Source of the DNA: Octopus sinensis
Lineage: Eukaryota
Reading direction: 5' to 3'
Length of the DNA: 64,000 nucleotides
Assembly (NCBI RefSeq): GCF_006345805.1
Contig: NC_043004.1
Span: forward strand, 82,584,001 to 82,648,000
Below, in pieces: positions 1-14,579 of the stretch. Below the pieces are notes generated by a model. That model saw only the letters and a list, made by a program, of their open reading frames with translations, made no database searches and was not told where the DNA came from. The translations under genes and the position numbers were made by a program. Positions within the stretch are counted from its first letter, which is position 1; the number at the start of each line of letters is the position of its first letter.

Positions 1-600
1 TGTATGTATGTATGTATGTATGTATGTATGTATGTATGCATGTACGTACATACGCCTGTGTATGTATGTATGTATGTATGTATGTATGTATGTATGTATG
101 TATTTATGTATGTATATATGTATGTGTGTGTATATGCACGCACATACACACTATAAACATAAAGCTATAAACCTGTAGTGATGGATAGATGTAGAGTGAC
201 CACTCATCACAATAATATCAAATTTCAACTTCCTCTGCCGAAGCCAGGAAGTGATTTATGACCCTCACTCCCAAAACTATACCCTAAAACCTATTATCAG
301 ATATTTATCTCTATATCCCAGAACTTTTGTTTTACTATTGTGCATATGTATGTATGTATGTGCGTATGTATGTATGTATGTATGTATGTATGTATGTATG
401 TATGTATGTATGTATGTATGTATGTGTGTATGTATGTACATACGTACGCATGTGCGTATGTATGTATACGCGCACGTATGCATGTGCCCATGTATGTGTG
501 TGCGTACATGTACATGCCTATGTACGTGTGTATGCCCATACGTAGTGTATGTATGTATGTTTGTACTCATGTGCTACGTATGTATGTGAGTGTCTAGGAG
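1..600. repeat. (TATG)n/(TG)n microsatellite tract
   Basis: Direct tandem TGTA repeats; ORFs here are YVCM/HTYI low-complexity artefacts. Confidence 0.95.
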
Positions 601-938
601 AATGGGCTGACGTGTCTGTGAGAGTGTGTACATGTGTATGTGTATGTGAACGTATGTCCGTGTACTGGCATGTGTCCGTCCAAGTTGTGTACATGACTGT
701 TACTTTGTTTAAGGTTGTATGCATATTCACATATATGTTTGTATATACGCACACACATATATATATATGTGTGGGTGTGTGTTTGTTCCTCTCATCACCG
801 TCTAACTGTGAATGGATACAGCGCCTAAGTGCAACTGTACGTATCAAACAACGTACGCTCATACGGTTATATATAACTGCACATACGCATTGCAACCTGT
901 ATGTAAGGACTACAAGTAAACGAGAGAGAGAGGGGTGG

Positions 939-2078
939 TTATAGAATAGTCCTTCTGATTGGGATCTGGATGTTACTCCATTCGGACTTTCGGTTGAGAG
1001 TAGGTTTGTATTCTTGTATACAAACAGCTTCTGTGACCTGTCTCAACATTGCATCGGTGGGATGTGTTGATAGGATGTTCAACTTAAGTTTCCCTAAGGA
1101 TCCTTTGTGGCAGTCTACAGCATGTTGGTAGAAGATGGAGTTTGGCTTCCTTTCAATGTAGTTGTCCAGGTGTTCTTTGAACCTATCATTGATTCTTCTA
1201 GAAGTCCCACCTATGTATGACTCTGAGTTTGGGTTAGTCGCGCAAGCTCCCTCCTGGCACTTAATCTGGTATACAGTGCCCTTGGTTTTGCAACTTACAT
1301 GTGGATTTGTCGAACATACTGCACAATTACTTTGACAGGTGATTCTATCAAATGGATATGATCTGCATAATGCCGATTTGATAGTCCTACCTGTCTTTTC
1401 TACAACTTTAATTTTTAGGCCAGTGGTGCGCAGGATTTTCTTGAATGCCTTACTTAGCTCGTTCTTAGGTGTGGCGTCAACGAACATTACTCCGTGAAAT
1501 CTCCTGTTATCGTACCAAGTAACGTTTTTCATCCTTTTGTTGGTGTCCCTCTCTAACCTATTCCAGAACTTGTTGCGGTATAGGGGGCATATACCGTTTT
1601 CGTCGTTCCTTAGAATGCGTTCGAATCTAGCTTTCGCCCTTTTGTACACCCTGACTCTATCGTCTTGTGTGTATCCGGAGCGTTGCATTCGGAATATGTA
1701 GTGCTGGATGTGCTGTTGTCGTTCTTGTGGTTGGCATAGTGGTGATACATTCCTCATTACTCTAATTAAGTCTGCCACTAGGATGTCGAGTTTGGCAGTA
1801 TCCGACATAGCTGAGGCACTACGGATTACTAGTGGATTAGCCATCGGTTTCTGATAGTGTGAGTGGAGTATACAGGGTTTAATGGTTCCATTAACCATAG
1901 CATCTTCCATCCATAGCTCAGAATCTAGGACGGGTAATCGTTTACTCGGGTGTTTAGAGGGGTAGACTATGGTAACTTTTATACTGCTGTGGATAGAGTG
2001 AGCTATGTGTTGTATGGATGTCATCACTTGTTCTTCACTTGGTAGAGGGCTCATAACTGTGTCTGTATTATATTTCAC
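939..2078 (-). mobile_element. 5'-truncated Penelope-like retroelement (RT thumb, Cys-rich linker, GIY-YIG endonuclease)
   Basis: ORF has LPVLD and HYQKP..N, C-x3-C-x2-C linker, then VYQIKC...YIGGTSRRINDRFKEH and EAVCI...PTLN (GIY-YIG motifs). Confidence 0.85.
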
Positions 2079-2096
2079 AACATATATCTATATATC

Positions 2097-2127
<31 letters not shown>

Positions 2128-2564
2128 TCTGTCTGGCTTTGTGTCTTCTCGGATCTCGTGAATCCTCCATCTTATTGGGCTCAAATGTGATATCTTGATA
2201 CCGAAGGTATCAGGGCGTATATAGGTCTTGAAAAAATTACAAAAATCGATTCTTGGTGAGAATGGGATCGATAAGGCCGTTTTTGTCCTGCTTTTCTTCC
2301 GTTGTTTTTGTACTGCTTAAAGGCACGTTTGTTTCCTGCCAAGCTTACTGTTCAAACCATGTTTGTGTTCACCCAGTCAACAGCCTTATCATTACTGGTA
2401 TTTTAAACTCTTCGTTTGCATATTTGCGTGAATAAAATCTTTTTCTTTGGAATAGAAAAATAAGACTATCTTTATTTATTCTTTTGCTGGTATCTCAAAA
2501 TTAGGTTAAATCAGGATCGGTCGGACAAGTTGTTTTGAGAAAATTTCGTTTAAATTTTTGACAA

Positions 2565-2689
<125 letters not shown>

Positions 2690-3324
2690 TATATATATAT
2701 AAGTAAAGCTCAAGTACTTCTCCATTCCAAGTACACATGGAAATATCCACATAGCTTCATTAATCTTCATCTTGGTAAAAAGGGATCAACCTACATCTGT
2801 GATTCATCCACTGATATATTTTCACCTAATGGAATGGATTAATGATGTTGATCAAATGGATAATTACGGATAATACGGACTATACTGTACTCATATACAT
2901 ACAAAAATGTAACCGTTAATACACACACACACACATGCGCATATATATAAGGGTGTGTTCGGAAATAGTCCTGGAGTAGGCAAAAATATAATACAAGGAT
3001 ATCAGTCGGTTATGATTCCCTCAGCAGAGCACCATCATTCTGCGAATCACGAAACTATTGTAGCTGTGCTTCAGTTTTTCTAATATCTTTAATGAAACTT
3101 TTAATATTTTCTCAAGATATTTCATTCTGAACTGTTTTTAATATTTTAAAAAATTTTATCAAAGAATGTATATATATATATATATTGTGATATTTTGTGA
3201 CACCAGTACTTAACACAAGAAAGCTTTTACAAATCTTTAGATTTTAGTTTTGACAAATTTTTCTAAAAAAGTGAAACCGGTCAAGTGATTAATGATTATA
3301 AAAATTGCATTATCAAACGTTTTT

Positions 3325-3371
<47 letters not shown>

Positions 3372-3399
3372 AGAGACATCTTATATGTAAGAGAAATCT

Positions 3400-3906
3400 T
3401 ATACGTCGCAGATAATAATACTAATCAATGCACATCAATTTGGAACCAACGCTTTATACAATACAAACTAAGAATAAAATATGGAGAAGAATAAAATATC
3501 GATATTGTAATTAATATACTTGCGAAAATCAAATTAACATCAGAGTAATATCACAAATAAATTCATAATAGATTGTCGCAATTCATTTCCCTATAAGCTT
3601 TATAAAGTGTTGATTGAATATAAATCATTTCAGATTAATATCTTAAGAAGCTTATCGAGTAATATTCAAGTTCACATGTATTTTAGCAACAGATTTGAAA
3701 TAATCCCTACGGACAAACAAAACGGGAGACATTATATAACAGCTTTATCCGATAGCTTTATTTCCAGTTCTTTCGCAACACACAGAGCTTTGCAACACTC
3801 TCACCTTAATATAGAGATCTTAAACAAAAACTAGAACTCTGTTTTTTAAGTCAACGTGTTTAACTCTCTATAAGGAAGTTGTGAGAAATATTTTATTACA
3901 AAAAGT
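3400..3906 (+). promoter_or_regulatory. Conserved upstream block (putative promoter/5'UTR) of receptor exon copy 1
   Basis: ~500-bp block also found upstream of copies 2, 3, 5, 6 and 8; TATA-like attatataac (~3731) and ctctataag (~3865); A-rich start context aaaagtATGG. Confidence 0.5.
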
Positions 3907-4845
3907 ATGGAACTAAAAGAAACACGATTCTATAAATTACTACAATTCTATGGGAAAATTAATATTTGTAAGATATCATTTATGAACATATCACTGAAAT
4001 CTCTCAAATGTAAAAATATCTGTATCTCTGCGTTTTACATCCTGTATCCTTTATATCTGACTACAAACCCCATTATATCTATGTATGCTATAATAGGATT
4101 GCTTCATAAATCTCATGAAAGATTTGTATTTATTTATACACTATTTTTTAAGTGTTTGCTTTCACTCTACTGTCTGATCAAATTCTTCCGAAAATCTAAA
4201 GACAAAGAAATACTCGAAGCATTTACCGAACTTAAAATTGAAAAAGACGATGAAAAATTCTATAACAGTAACTTATTATTTTCTTTTATATCAATTTCTA
4301 TAGTTGTATTGCTGCCACTAATTTTACTCGCTCTGATGAACATCGTTATCATGAACTTTATTTGGAATTACTCAACAAAATATTTAAGCAGCATCGAAGC
4401 TCTTGAATTTTTTATTTCATTAATATGCACTTTATTTGATAGTATATTATTTACGTGCATACTCTATGATTGGTATATCAATATGGCAATTGGAACTGCA
4501 CTGCAGTATGAGTTTAATAAATTAGCGAGAGAGGCTGAGAAATACGTGAAAGAAAAGCATTCAAATTCTTCGTATTTCTTTAAGAAATATAAAGAGATTC
4601 CAGAAATATGTAACTCACATGATACTCTGAGTAAATCACTGAATTTAGTAAATGAATCATTTGAACTGACTTCGGGACTTATCGTACTCGTTAGTATTAC
4701 TGCATGTTGTGTTGCTACGTATATAATCATAAATATTTCATACAAAATTATACTCACTTATTACGTTTCAACTATGTTTGTGGCTTCTTTGAACATGATT
4801 CTTCTGATCACAACGATGCAGATTGGAGTTCGTTTAAATAAATCG
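3907..4845 (+). CDS. Gustatory-receptor-like (GRL/7TM ion-channel chemoreceptor) exon, copy 1, intact (313 codons, TM1-TM6)
   Basis: Six hydrophobic segments; GR-type LQYEFNKL after TM4 and EICNSHDTLSKSLNLVNESF before TM5; ends GVRLNKS at phase-0 donor TCG|GTAAGT (4846). Unspliced ORF runs to 5010 (367 aa). No DRY/NPxxY or Cys-loop motif. Confidence 0.7.
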
Positions 4846-5694
4846 GTAAGTTACAATATAACATATAATCGTACTTTTTCTTCAATCCTATCTTACATAT
4901 TACATCATAAAAGACGTCTTATATGTTATCCCAATTTCCTCGGTGTTTTAAATTTATGTGATATCTTATCTTCTGATATCCATCCAGCATCTTTTGATTC
5001 CCAAATGTGAAGGTGAGATAAAGGTTAGAAAATGGAGGAAAATCTTCCATCATTACCACTAGGTCTATTATTTCTACCACCAACTAATTCTATTCTCATT
5101 CCATCATTCATTCACACTTTCTCTCTCTTTGACTTTGCAACAGTTCTTTGTGAAAGGTGTTATGGACGCCACACAAGTTCACGTTTATCGAAGAAATGAT
5201 GAGTGATCTCAACAACAGAAATTTTTGAAGAACGTCATTTCATAATTAATTATGCACCACTGATGTTTTTGCATTTCCTAGAAGTTTTGGATTCTTTCTA
5301 TGTGATCGATAAAGCCGTTTTTGTTCTGCTTTTCTTCCGTCAACCTGTACATAACTGTATCTTCCATTTTTTGTTGTTTTTGTACTGCTTAAAGGTACGT
5401 TTCTTTCCTCCCTAGCATACTGTTTAAACCATGTTTGTGTTCACCCAGTCAACAACCTTATCATGACTGGTAATTTAAAATCTTCGGTTACATATTTGTG
5501 TGAATAAATTGGAATAGAAAAAAGTCTATCTTTATTTCTTCTTTTGCTAGTATCTCAAATTTAGGTTAAATCAGTGTTTCTCTAAGGCGAGGCATATGGA
5601 ACGGCCGGACAAGTTGTTTTGAGAAAATTTGGTTTAAATACTTGATAACTTATGCTTGTCCATTGTACAAGGGGCGTTTTCCACGTACATGTAT

Positions 5695-5766
<72 letters not shown>

Positions 5767-6385
5767 AGTAAAGATCAAGTACTTCTCCATTCCAAGTACA
5801 CACGGAAATATCTACATAACTACGTTAGTCTTCATCTTGGTAAAAACGGATAAACCTACATCTGTGATTCATCCACTGATATATTTTCACCTATTGGATT
5901 GGATTAATGATGTTGATCAAATGGATAATTACAGATATACGGTCTATACTGTACTCATACACATACATATATATAACAGTTAATACACACACACACACAT
6001 GCACGCATATATATAAAGGTGTGTTCGGAAATGTTCCAGGCTTCGGAAAGAATGAATTAGAAGGAGATCAGTCGGTTATGATTCCCTCAGCAGAGCTCCC
6101 TTTACTCTGCAACCCACGAAACTATTGCAGCTGTACTTCAGTTTCTCTCATATTTCTAATGAACTTTTTAATATTTTCTCAAGATATTTCCTGTAAACTA
6201 TTTTTGATATTTAAAAAATTTTTATCAAAGAATGTATATATGTATTGTGATATTTTGTGACAACCAGTACTTAACACAACAAAGCTTTTACAAATCTTTA
6301 CATTTTAGTTTTGACCAAATATTTCTAAAAAAGTGAAACCGGTCAAGTGACTAATTACCTTTAAAATTGCATTTTCAAAAGGTTT

Positions 6386-6426
<41 letters not shown>

Positions 6427-6985
6427 ATATCTTATTTCAGAGAAATCTTATATAAAAGACAAATCATCTTATACGTCGCAGATAACAGAACTAGTCAATG
6501 CACATCAATTTGTAACCAACGCTCAATACAAAAGGGAGAAGAATAAAATATCGATATTGTAATTAATATACAAGCGAAAGTCAAATGAACATCAGTGTAA
6601 TATCACACATAAATTCATAATAGATTATTGGAATTCATTTTCCCATAAGCTTTAAAAGTGTTGATTGAATATAAATCATTTAAGCTTTATATCTTAAGAA
6701 GCTTATCGAGTAATATTTAATTTGACGTGTATTTTAAATCCATAGCAACAGATTTGAAATAATTCTTACATACAAACAAAGCGGGAGACATCATATAACA
6801 GCTTTATCCGATATCCTTATTTCCAGTTCTTTCGTGACACACGAAGCTTTGCAACGCTCATAGCTTAATTTAGAAGCTAAATTGAAGGCCTGCAGATCTT
6901 AAACAAAAACAAGGCCTCTCTGTTTTATGTCAACGTGTTTAACTCTCTATAAAGAATTTGTGAGAAATATTTTATTACAAAAAGT

Positions 6986-7918
6986 ATGGAACTAAAAGAA
7001 ACACGATTCTACAAAATATTACAATTTTATGGAAAAATTAATATTTCTAAGGTATCACTTATGAACATATTACTGAAGTCTCTCAACTGTAAAAATATCT
7101 GTATCTCTGCCTTCAATATCCTGTATACTGCATATCTGACTACAAACACCATTGTTTCTATGTATTATATAATAGAATTGTTTCATAGCAAAAGTGATGG
7201 AATATTTGGAGAAATTTATGCTCAATTTTTACTGTGTTTGCTTTCACTCTACTGTCTGATCAAATTCTTCCGAAAATCTAAAGACAAAGAATTACTCGAA
7301 GCATTTACCGAATTTAAAATTGAAGAAGACGATGAAAAATTCTTTAACAATAACTTATTATTTTCTTTTATATCACTTTCTATAGTTGTATTGCTGCCAC
7401 CAATTTTATTTCCTCTGAAGAGCATCGTTCTCTTGATCTATGCTTGGAATTCCTGAACAAAATATTTAAGCAGCATCGAAGTTAGTATTTGGTTAATTAT
7501 CTATTTATTTGAGAGTATATTATATGCGTGCATACTATATGATTGGTATATCAATATGGCAATTGGAACTGCCCTGCAGTATGAGTTTAATAAAGTAGCG
7601 AGCGAGGCTGAGAGATACGTGAAAGAAAAGCATTCAAATACTTCGTATTTCTTTAAGAAATATAAAGAGATTCCAGAAATATGTAATTCACATGATACTC
7701 TGAGTAAGTTACTGAATTTAGTAAATGCATCATTTCAATTGTCTTCGGGATTTATCGTACTCGTTAGTATTACTGGATGTTGTGTTGCTACGTATGTAAT
7801 TATAAATAATTCATACAAAATGTTGCTCACTTATTACCTTTCCATTATGTTTGTGGCTTCTCTGAACGTGATTTTTCTAATCACAATGATACGGATTGGA
7901 GTTCGTTTAAATGAATCG
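6986..7918 (+). pseudogene. GRL-like exon copy 2 with one in-frame nonsense codon
   Basis: ORFs 6986 and 7556 are in the same frame, separated only by TGA at 7454-7456 (TCA in paralogs); 9-nt in-frame deletion nearby; donor TCG|GTAAGT at 7919. Confidence 0.8.
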
Positions 7919-8794
7919 GTAAGTTATATAATAATATATAATCGTACTTTTTCTTCAGTTCTATATAACATATTACATCATAAAAGATGTATATGATATC
8001 CCAAATTCCTCGGTGTTTTAAATTTAAGTGATATCTTATCTTCTGATATCTGTCCTGCATCTTTTGATTCCCAAATGTGAAGGTGAGATAGAGGTAAAAA
8101 AATGGACAAAAATCTGCCATCATTACCACTATGTCTATTATTTGTACCACCAACTAATTTTTCTCTCATTTCATCATTTATTCAAACATTCTCTTTGTCC
8201 CGGGACTTTGCAACAGTTCTATGTTAAAGGTGATAGGGATGCCACACAAGTTCTCACTTATTCAAGAAATGATGAGGGTTTGTGTAAATAGTTAAAATTC
8301 TGTTCACATGGATGCGCTATTGGCCAATGCTAGTAATGGTTTTATTTCTAGCAGACAACGTTACGACATTCTAATAATTCAATAACAGTAAGTGATGTCA
8401 ATAACAGACATTTTTTGAAGATGTCATTATAAAATTAATAATGCTCCACTGATGTTTTTGTATTTTCTAGAAGTTGTATTTTTTTTCTTGGGTCATGTAT
8501 TTATTTCATTATTTCCTTATTTCTTTACACCCTTCTTTTTTTTGTTTTTCATTCTTTCTTCTGTTGAACCTGCTCTTGCTCGTCCTCTTCTTTCACCTAA
8601 TTTTTCTACTAATTAAATACAGCAACCACAAGAAAAACTAAATAAAAAACAACAAAAACATCAACAATAATAATCTTTCTTAATCACTTTCAATACACTA
8701 ACCATAAGAGCACCACAACAAACCATAAAAATTACCCAAGGCAAACAGAGCTCCGCTTTGTAGTGCAATGAACGCGCAAGATAAAAAAAAACTA

Positions 8795-8797
<3 letters not shown>

Positions 8798-8860
<63 letters not shown>
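8798..8860. repeat. (AAT)n microsatellite, 5' half of the R4/Dong target site
   Basis: Pure AAT run; continues at 13381-13500; uninterrupted in the paralogous site 30290-30440. Confidence 0.9.
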
Positions 8861-8861
<1 letters not shown>

Positions 8862-9239
8862 TTTAAATTATTTAAAAAAAATTTTAAAAAAAATCTTCGA
8901 CGAAAACATCAGATAATATGTGTGAGTGAATATACATATATATACATATACATATGCATGTGGTGAAGAAGAAAAGAGAACGGGAAAAAAAAAAAAAAAT
9001 AATAAATAAATAAATAAACGTAAACAGGTTTGACCTTTTACTGACCATTAACGTCCTTTGTCTCCACCATCTACCGTGGCTATTTATAGACCCAAAGAAC
9101 ATGAATTCTTTAACCACCCATTCTCCAACACAATGGAGTGTTGATGGTGGCTGTGGCTACACATTGAAGATGATGATGGTGATGGTGATGTTGCTGATGA
9201 TGGTGATGGTGGTGAAGATGATAGTAATAACAATAATAA

Positions 9240-12200
9240 CTGACAGATCCCGTCTTTTTCCCTTTCTTTTCGTTTCCTTCTCCGTATTTTATTCTCATTA
9301 TTTCGAACTAATACAGACACAGTAAGCCTTGAAGAAAGGAAGAGGAGGAAAGGAGGAAAAAAAAAATGTCCGGAGATAAAACTATCAACAAAAAAAATAC
9401 AGACGAATATAGATCTGCTAGTCTTAAGAAGCGGCGCTATGAGCAATGCTTACATGTAGTGAACCCTAAACTGACAGATCCATCTCCTAATATAAGAATG
9501 GATGCTCGTCATGCTTCAAGGTCAACAAATCAAACAATAAACCGCATTGGTCATTGCGCGGATTACAAAAGACCACGTACCCGAAAATTGAACCAAATCC
9601 TGATTGAAAATCAGTTACTGGATCAAATCTTCCCAACACACAGGAGCTGGACGAACCCCACAACCGGAATATTCCAACAGATGGCCATCCATGCTCATCA
9701 CCAAATAATCAAAAGAAAAAGAAGGAAAAATGGTCTAGGGAAGATAATAAAGAAGTTCTCGAGGCCTTCTACCATGCCATATATTTCCCCACAGATAAGT
9801 CTAGCACTGTACAAGCATACTTAAACTGGAGACAGAAACACCCTGAAGTAAGACCCTACATAGACAGTAACAAGCTTGCCAATGTTAGAAGAAACATTAT
9901 AAAAAAGAAATTACTGACTGAAGTAGAGATTGATCAGGTTAGACAAGCAATATCGGATAAAATGAACGAAGCTGCAGCTAGAGAAGATAATACAGAGGAA
10001 ATGATTATAGACCAGCCCAGGGCGGATAAAAACGAAGAGAAGATTGAAAGAGTTAGTATAAGTGATAGGCAAAGTGAAATACGCCCTGAACCAATCATAA
10101 ACACTAAGACAGATGAGCATCAAATAGATAAAGAAAGTCACACAAATATTGACCCAACAGAACTACATGAGCTAAAAATCAAATCATGATTGAATGGCTG
10201 AAAATTAAAGAAACCAGCATGGATGAGCGTGATACACTTCCTAAAATCCGCAACTCTAACCAAAACATGAAAATAATTGGTAAAATCCGGCTTGCACTTA
10301 AGGATATAATTTCAGTTAATGATGTTGATATCACAAACCTCAACCACCTATACTATGCATCCGCGAAAATCTCAACGATCCTATGTGGTGTAAAGATTAG
10401 AAAACGGCAACAGTCCCACAAAAAGCTTTCTTGGCAAGAGCGTCTGCAACAACAAATTAAAGTATTTAGATCTGACATTGAATATTTGAAAAACCTTAAG
10501 GCTCACAAGACTACCAAACCTACAAAAACCCAAAAATTACTGAAAAAATACAATATGAAAACTATACTTGATATTGATGCCACCATAGAAACCATCAAAC
10601 AAAAGGTATCTGCCAAAGCTACCCGCATAGCGAGGTATGAAAAGGACAACAACATGTTCAAAAATAACACCAAGAATTTTTACAGGAAGATAGGAAAAAC
10701 AGCGTTTACTGCAGGGTCTGTACCATCAAAAGAAGAAGTGCAGAGATTTTGGAATAAAATCTGGGCAGAAGAAAAAACACACAACGAAAAGGCCCCCTGG
10801 ATTGACAGAATATCTACAGAACTGGACCCCTTAGAAGAGCAAAAGTGGGAGGGTGTCAAGGTAGAAGATATATGATCTGCTCTCAGGAGGTCAAGCAAAT
10901 GGAAGTCTCCAGGAAAGGATAAAATTCCTAACTTCTGGCTGAATGCCTTCCCAGAGAGCCATGAACTGCTAACAGAACTGTACAATGATGTTCTGCAACA
11001 CCCTAGTAGGATGCCTCCTTGGCTAGTTAATGGGTTAACATTCCTGCTTCCAAAAAGTGAAGAAACAAATGAACCAAAAAACTATAGACCCATAACCTGC
11101 TCAACAACTATGTACAAAACTCTAACATCTGTCCTGACGGAATATACCTATAGTTTTTTAACAGACAGCAGCATATTCCCTAATGAACAGAAAGGATGTA
11201 AACGTGGATCCTACGGCTGTAAAGACCAACTACTCATCAATAAGATGATCTTAGAAGATTGTCACAAACGACACAAAAACTTATCAATAGCTTGGATAGA
11301 CTATAAAAAGGCTTTTGATAGCCTACCACATAGCTGGATTAGGAAATGCCTTGAAATGTATAAGATAGCACCAACTCTGCGAAACTTCTTGACTGTAAGT
11401 ATGAGATCATGGAGAACCACACTAACTCTGAACAGTGACAGTGAATCCCTAAATGCTGGTGATGTAAAAATTTCGTGTGGCATTTTCCAGGGTGACTCAC
11501 TGTCACCACTCCTCTTTTGTTTATCCTTAATACCTCTCTCAAAGCTGCTCAATGACGCGCAGTACGGGTATAAAATGTTTGATAAAAATATAAATCATCT
11601 CGTTTACATGGATGATTTAAAGCTTTTTGCAAAAAATGATCAACAACTCAAGGGCTTACTAGCGATAGTCAAACAATTCAGTGACGACATCAGAATGCAA
11701 TTCGGCCTCTTTAAATGTGCAAAGGCTACCTTTATCAAAGGAAAAATGACAGAAACATCTAACGTTAACCTTGACCAACAGAATGTCATAAAAGAACTAG
11801 ACCCAGCGGAGAGCTACAAGTACCTAGGGGTAATTGAAGGGAACGGAATAAGGCATTCAGAGATGAAGGAAAGGATCAGGAGAGAATGCTATCGAAGAGT
11901 GAGAGCAATACTCAAGACAGAGCTGAATGCAAGAAACAGGATCGAAGCAATCAATGCATTAGCTATACCAGTCGTGACTTACAGTTTCAATATTGTTAAC
12001 TGGTCAATTACTGAAATATGTCAGCTCGACAGAAAAATAAGGAAACTGTTAACAATGCATAGAATGCACCACCCTAAGGCAGATACAGAACGACTCTATC
12101 TGCCAAGAAAAGAGGGAGGCCGTGGTCTTTTGCAACTGGCAATAACAATGAAGATTGCTACAATTGGCCTAGACACCTACCTGAAAAACTCTGAGGACTG

Positions 12201-13380
12201 GATGTTAAAACTTGTCTCAAAACATGAAAACAAGAAAGCATCATACTCAGTCACAAAACAGGCAAAGGAATATCTAAGTGAATTCCGAATACAACCAATT
12301 TCGGAATTAGAGATAGACATACAAGAAACAAGCACAGAAAAAGCTAGGCGCATGAAAACCCGTGCCAAAACTGCGGCCTTAGATATTCTGAATAATAAAT
12401 GGCAAGAAAAACCTCTCTACGGCAAATACCCAAAGAGAGCGAATAATGCAGATATCGACAAAGCCCTGACCCATCAATGGCTAATGGCCTCTGGCTTAAA
12501 ATCTGAAACAGAGGGGTTTATCATAGCAGCTCAAGATCAATGCCTACCAACAAGAAACTACCAGGCCAACATATTAAAGATCAGAAGCAGTCCAACGTGT
12601 CGTGTATGCAAGCAACAAAATGAAACCATTGACCATGTGGTCTCCAAGTGCAGTCTTCTAGCGCCTACAGAGTATCTCAACAGGCACGATAGAGCTGCAC
12701 AATATATTCACTGGGTAATCTGTAAAAACCTGGAGTTGCCCCATGAGAAAAATTGGTGGGAACACAAACCACCCCCAGTGCTTGAAAATGACCACATCTC
12801 ACTCCTCTGGAACTTCACCATTCAAACTGACAGGAAGATAGATGCAAATAGGCCAGACATCATATTGAAAGACTTCAAACAAAGAACATGCGGCCTCATT
12901 GATATGACTGTCCCAATCGATATAAACGTATATGTCAGGACCTACCAAAAACTGAGCAAATATAAAGATCTTGAAATAGAAATCAGCAAAATGTGGAAGC
13001 TGAAGACTAAAACAATACCTGTTGTCATAGGTGCCCTGGGAATGATAGCAAAAGGGGCTGATAGCTACCTAACTCAGATACCAGGAAACCCAAAAATGGC
13101 AGAAGTTCAAATGATAGTGCTCATGGGAACTGCTCATATCCTACGCAAAATACTCTCTATGTAACCTCAAGGTTTAAAACAACCATAATTTTCGGTTTAA
13201 AAAAAAAAAAAAAAAAACCTTTCTTTTTTTAGACATTCATTAGTACAACATCCCCACCCCCCAAATATATGGCACACTAGGCATAACAACAACATGAACT
13301 TCCAACCCTGTTGTCTCTTGAGGTCTCTGGGTGAGACTTGGAGCCAACTTGTACAAATATAAAGCAAAAGTCAAACAGAG
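9240..13380 (+). mobile_element. Near-full-length RLE-type non-LTR retrotransposon (R4/Dong-like), decayed
   Basis: ORFs 10186 and 11011 are in frame, split by one TGA (10873); WKSPGKD, YRPI, QGDSLSP, YMDD RT motifs; CRVC..ETIDHVVSKC knuckle; RHD, RPDI, KLSKY restriction-like endonuclease motifs; 3' end abuts (AAT)n. 5' boundary uncertain (insertion may start at 8861). Confidence 0.88.
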
Positions 13381-13434
13381 AATAATAATAATAATAATAA
13401 TAATAATATTAATAATAATATTAATAATAATAAC

Positions 13435-13484
<50 letters not shown>

Positions 13485-14221
13485 TGATGATAATAATAAA
13501 AATAGTAATAAAATTTATACCAAAAATAATAACAGTATGGAGCCCCACAACTGATCGCTGAATCAACCGGCTGTAAATGCGGACAGATGATGTTGGGAGG
13601 GGCTTCACAGCAGTGGAAAAATTTATACAGAAAATTGTAGTTCAGTACTTACAGAGCACAACTGATAGATTACTAGAGTACATACATACACACATACATA
13701 CATATATATATATTTATATTTATATTTATATATATGACAGAAAATGGAGAAATATTAAGGAAAACCAATTGAATGACATCAATTATTATTATTTAATTCA
13801 ATACAAATAGACTGCATCCCATCTAAGAGCTGTTTCTACTTCCATTACTTTTGCCATGGAGATGGTAAAAATATCTATCTAAAACATGGAGCTTCATCAG
13901 ATGGAAAAAAATAAAAAGGAAGAGCCTAGAGAAGAAAAAGGAAATGTTGAATATGGTTAAAAGTGTAATATTTTGCATCTCTATCTCTTTGTACATTAAA
14001 TAAAGGACAAAGTTTAAAATAGTATATGGTAGGTTAATACTTGGTACGAGTGAGAACAGGAATGATATACACAAACACACACGCACACACACACACACAC
14101 ACAAACACAACACACACACACACACACACACACATATATGTATATATATATATACATACATACATATACATGTATATCTGTATCTATATATATATATCCA
14201 TCTATCTATATCTATATCTAT

Positions 14222-14448
14222 TTGTTTATTACCCACAAGGGGCTAAACACAGAAAGGGCAAACAAGGACAGGCATAGGTATTACGTCTATTAAATTTACC
14301 CCAGTGCATAAATGGTACTTTATTAATCGACCCCGAAAGGACGAAAGGCAAGTTCGACCTCGGCGGAATTTGAACTCACAACGTAACGCAGACGGAATAC
14401 CGCTAAGCATTTCGCCCGGCGTTCTAACGTTCCTGCCAGCTCGCCGCC
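14222..14448 (-). mobile_element. tRNA-derived SINE (central gcctttc.tcctttcggggtcgat domain, MetaSINE-like)
   Basis: Minus strand ggcggcgagctggcag...gagttcaaattcc (A/B-box-like) followed by the conserved central domain; paralogs at 43508-43737 and 36812-36950. Confidence 0.8.
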
Positions 14449-14506
14449 TATCTACCTGCCTATCTAAGTATCTATCTATCTATCTATCTATCTATATATC
14501 TATCTG

Positions 14507-14550
<44 letters not shown>

Positions 14551-14579
14551 GTATATATATATATATATGTATATAGACC

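Noticed and set aside
251-944. Many ORFs of YI/HT/CV/YVCM repeats here and across the window
   Set aside because: Translations of (TA)n, (CA)n, (TATG)n and (AAT)n microsatellites.
2253-2435. ~60-aa ORF (SIKPFLSCFSS...) open in several units
   Set aside because: Recent duplication explains the conservation; start codons vary; no recognisable family.
3907-5010. Chemotactile receptor (nAChR-derived) or rhodopsin-type GPCR
   Set aside because: No signal peptide, large ectodomain or Cys-loop; no DRY, CWxP or NPxxY motif.
5203-5415. LEVLDSFYVIDKAVFVLLFF as the missing TM7 exon of copy 1
   Set aside because: Resembles the GRL F.IDK motif but lacks TY..QF and spans a junction of two modules that are not adjacent in any other unit; not fully excluded.
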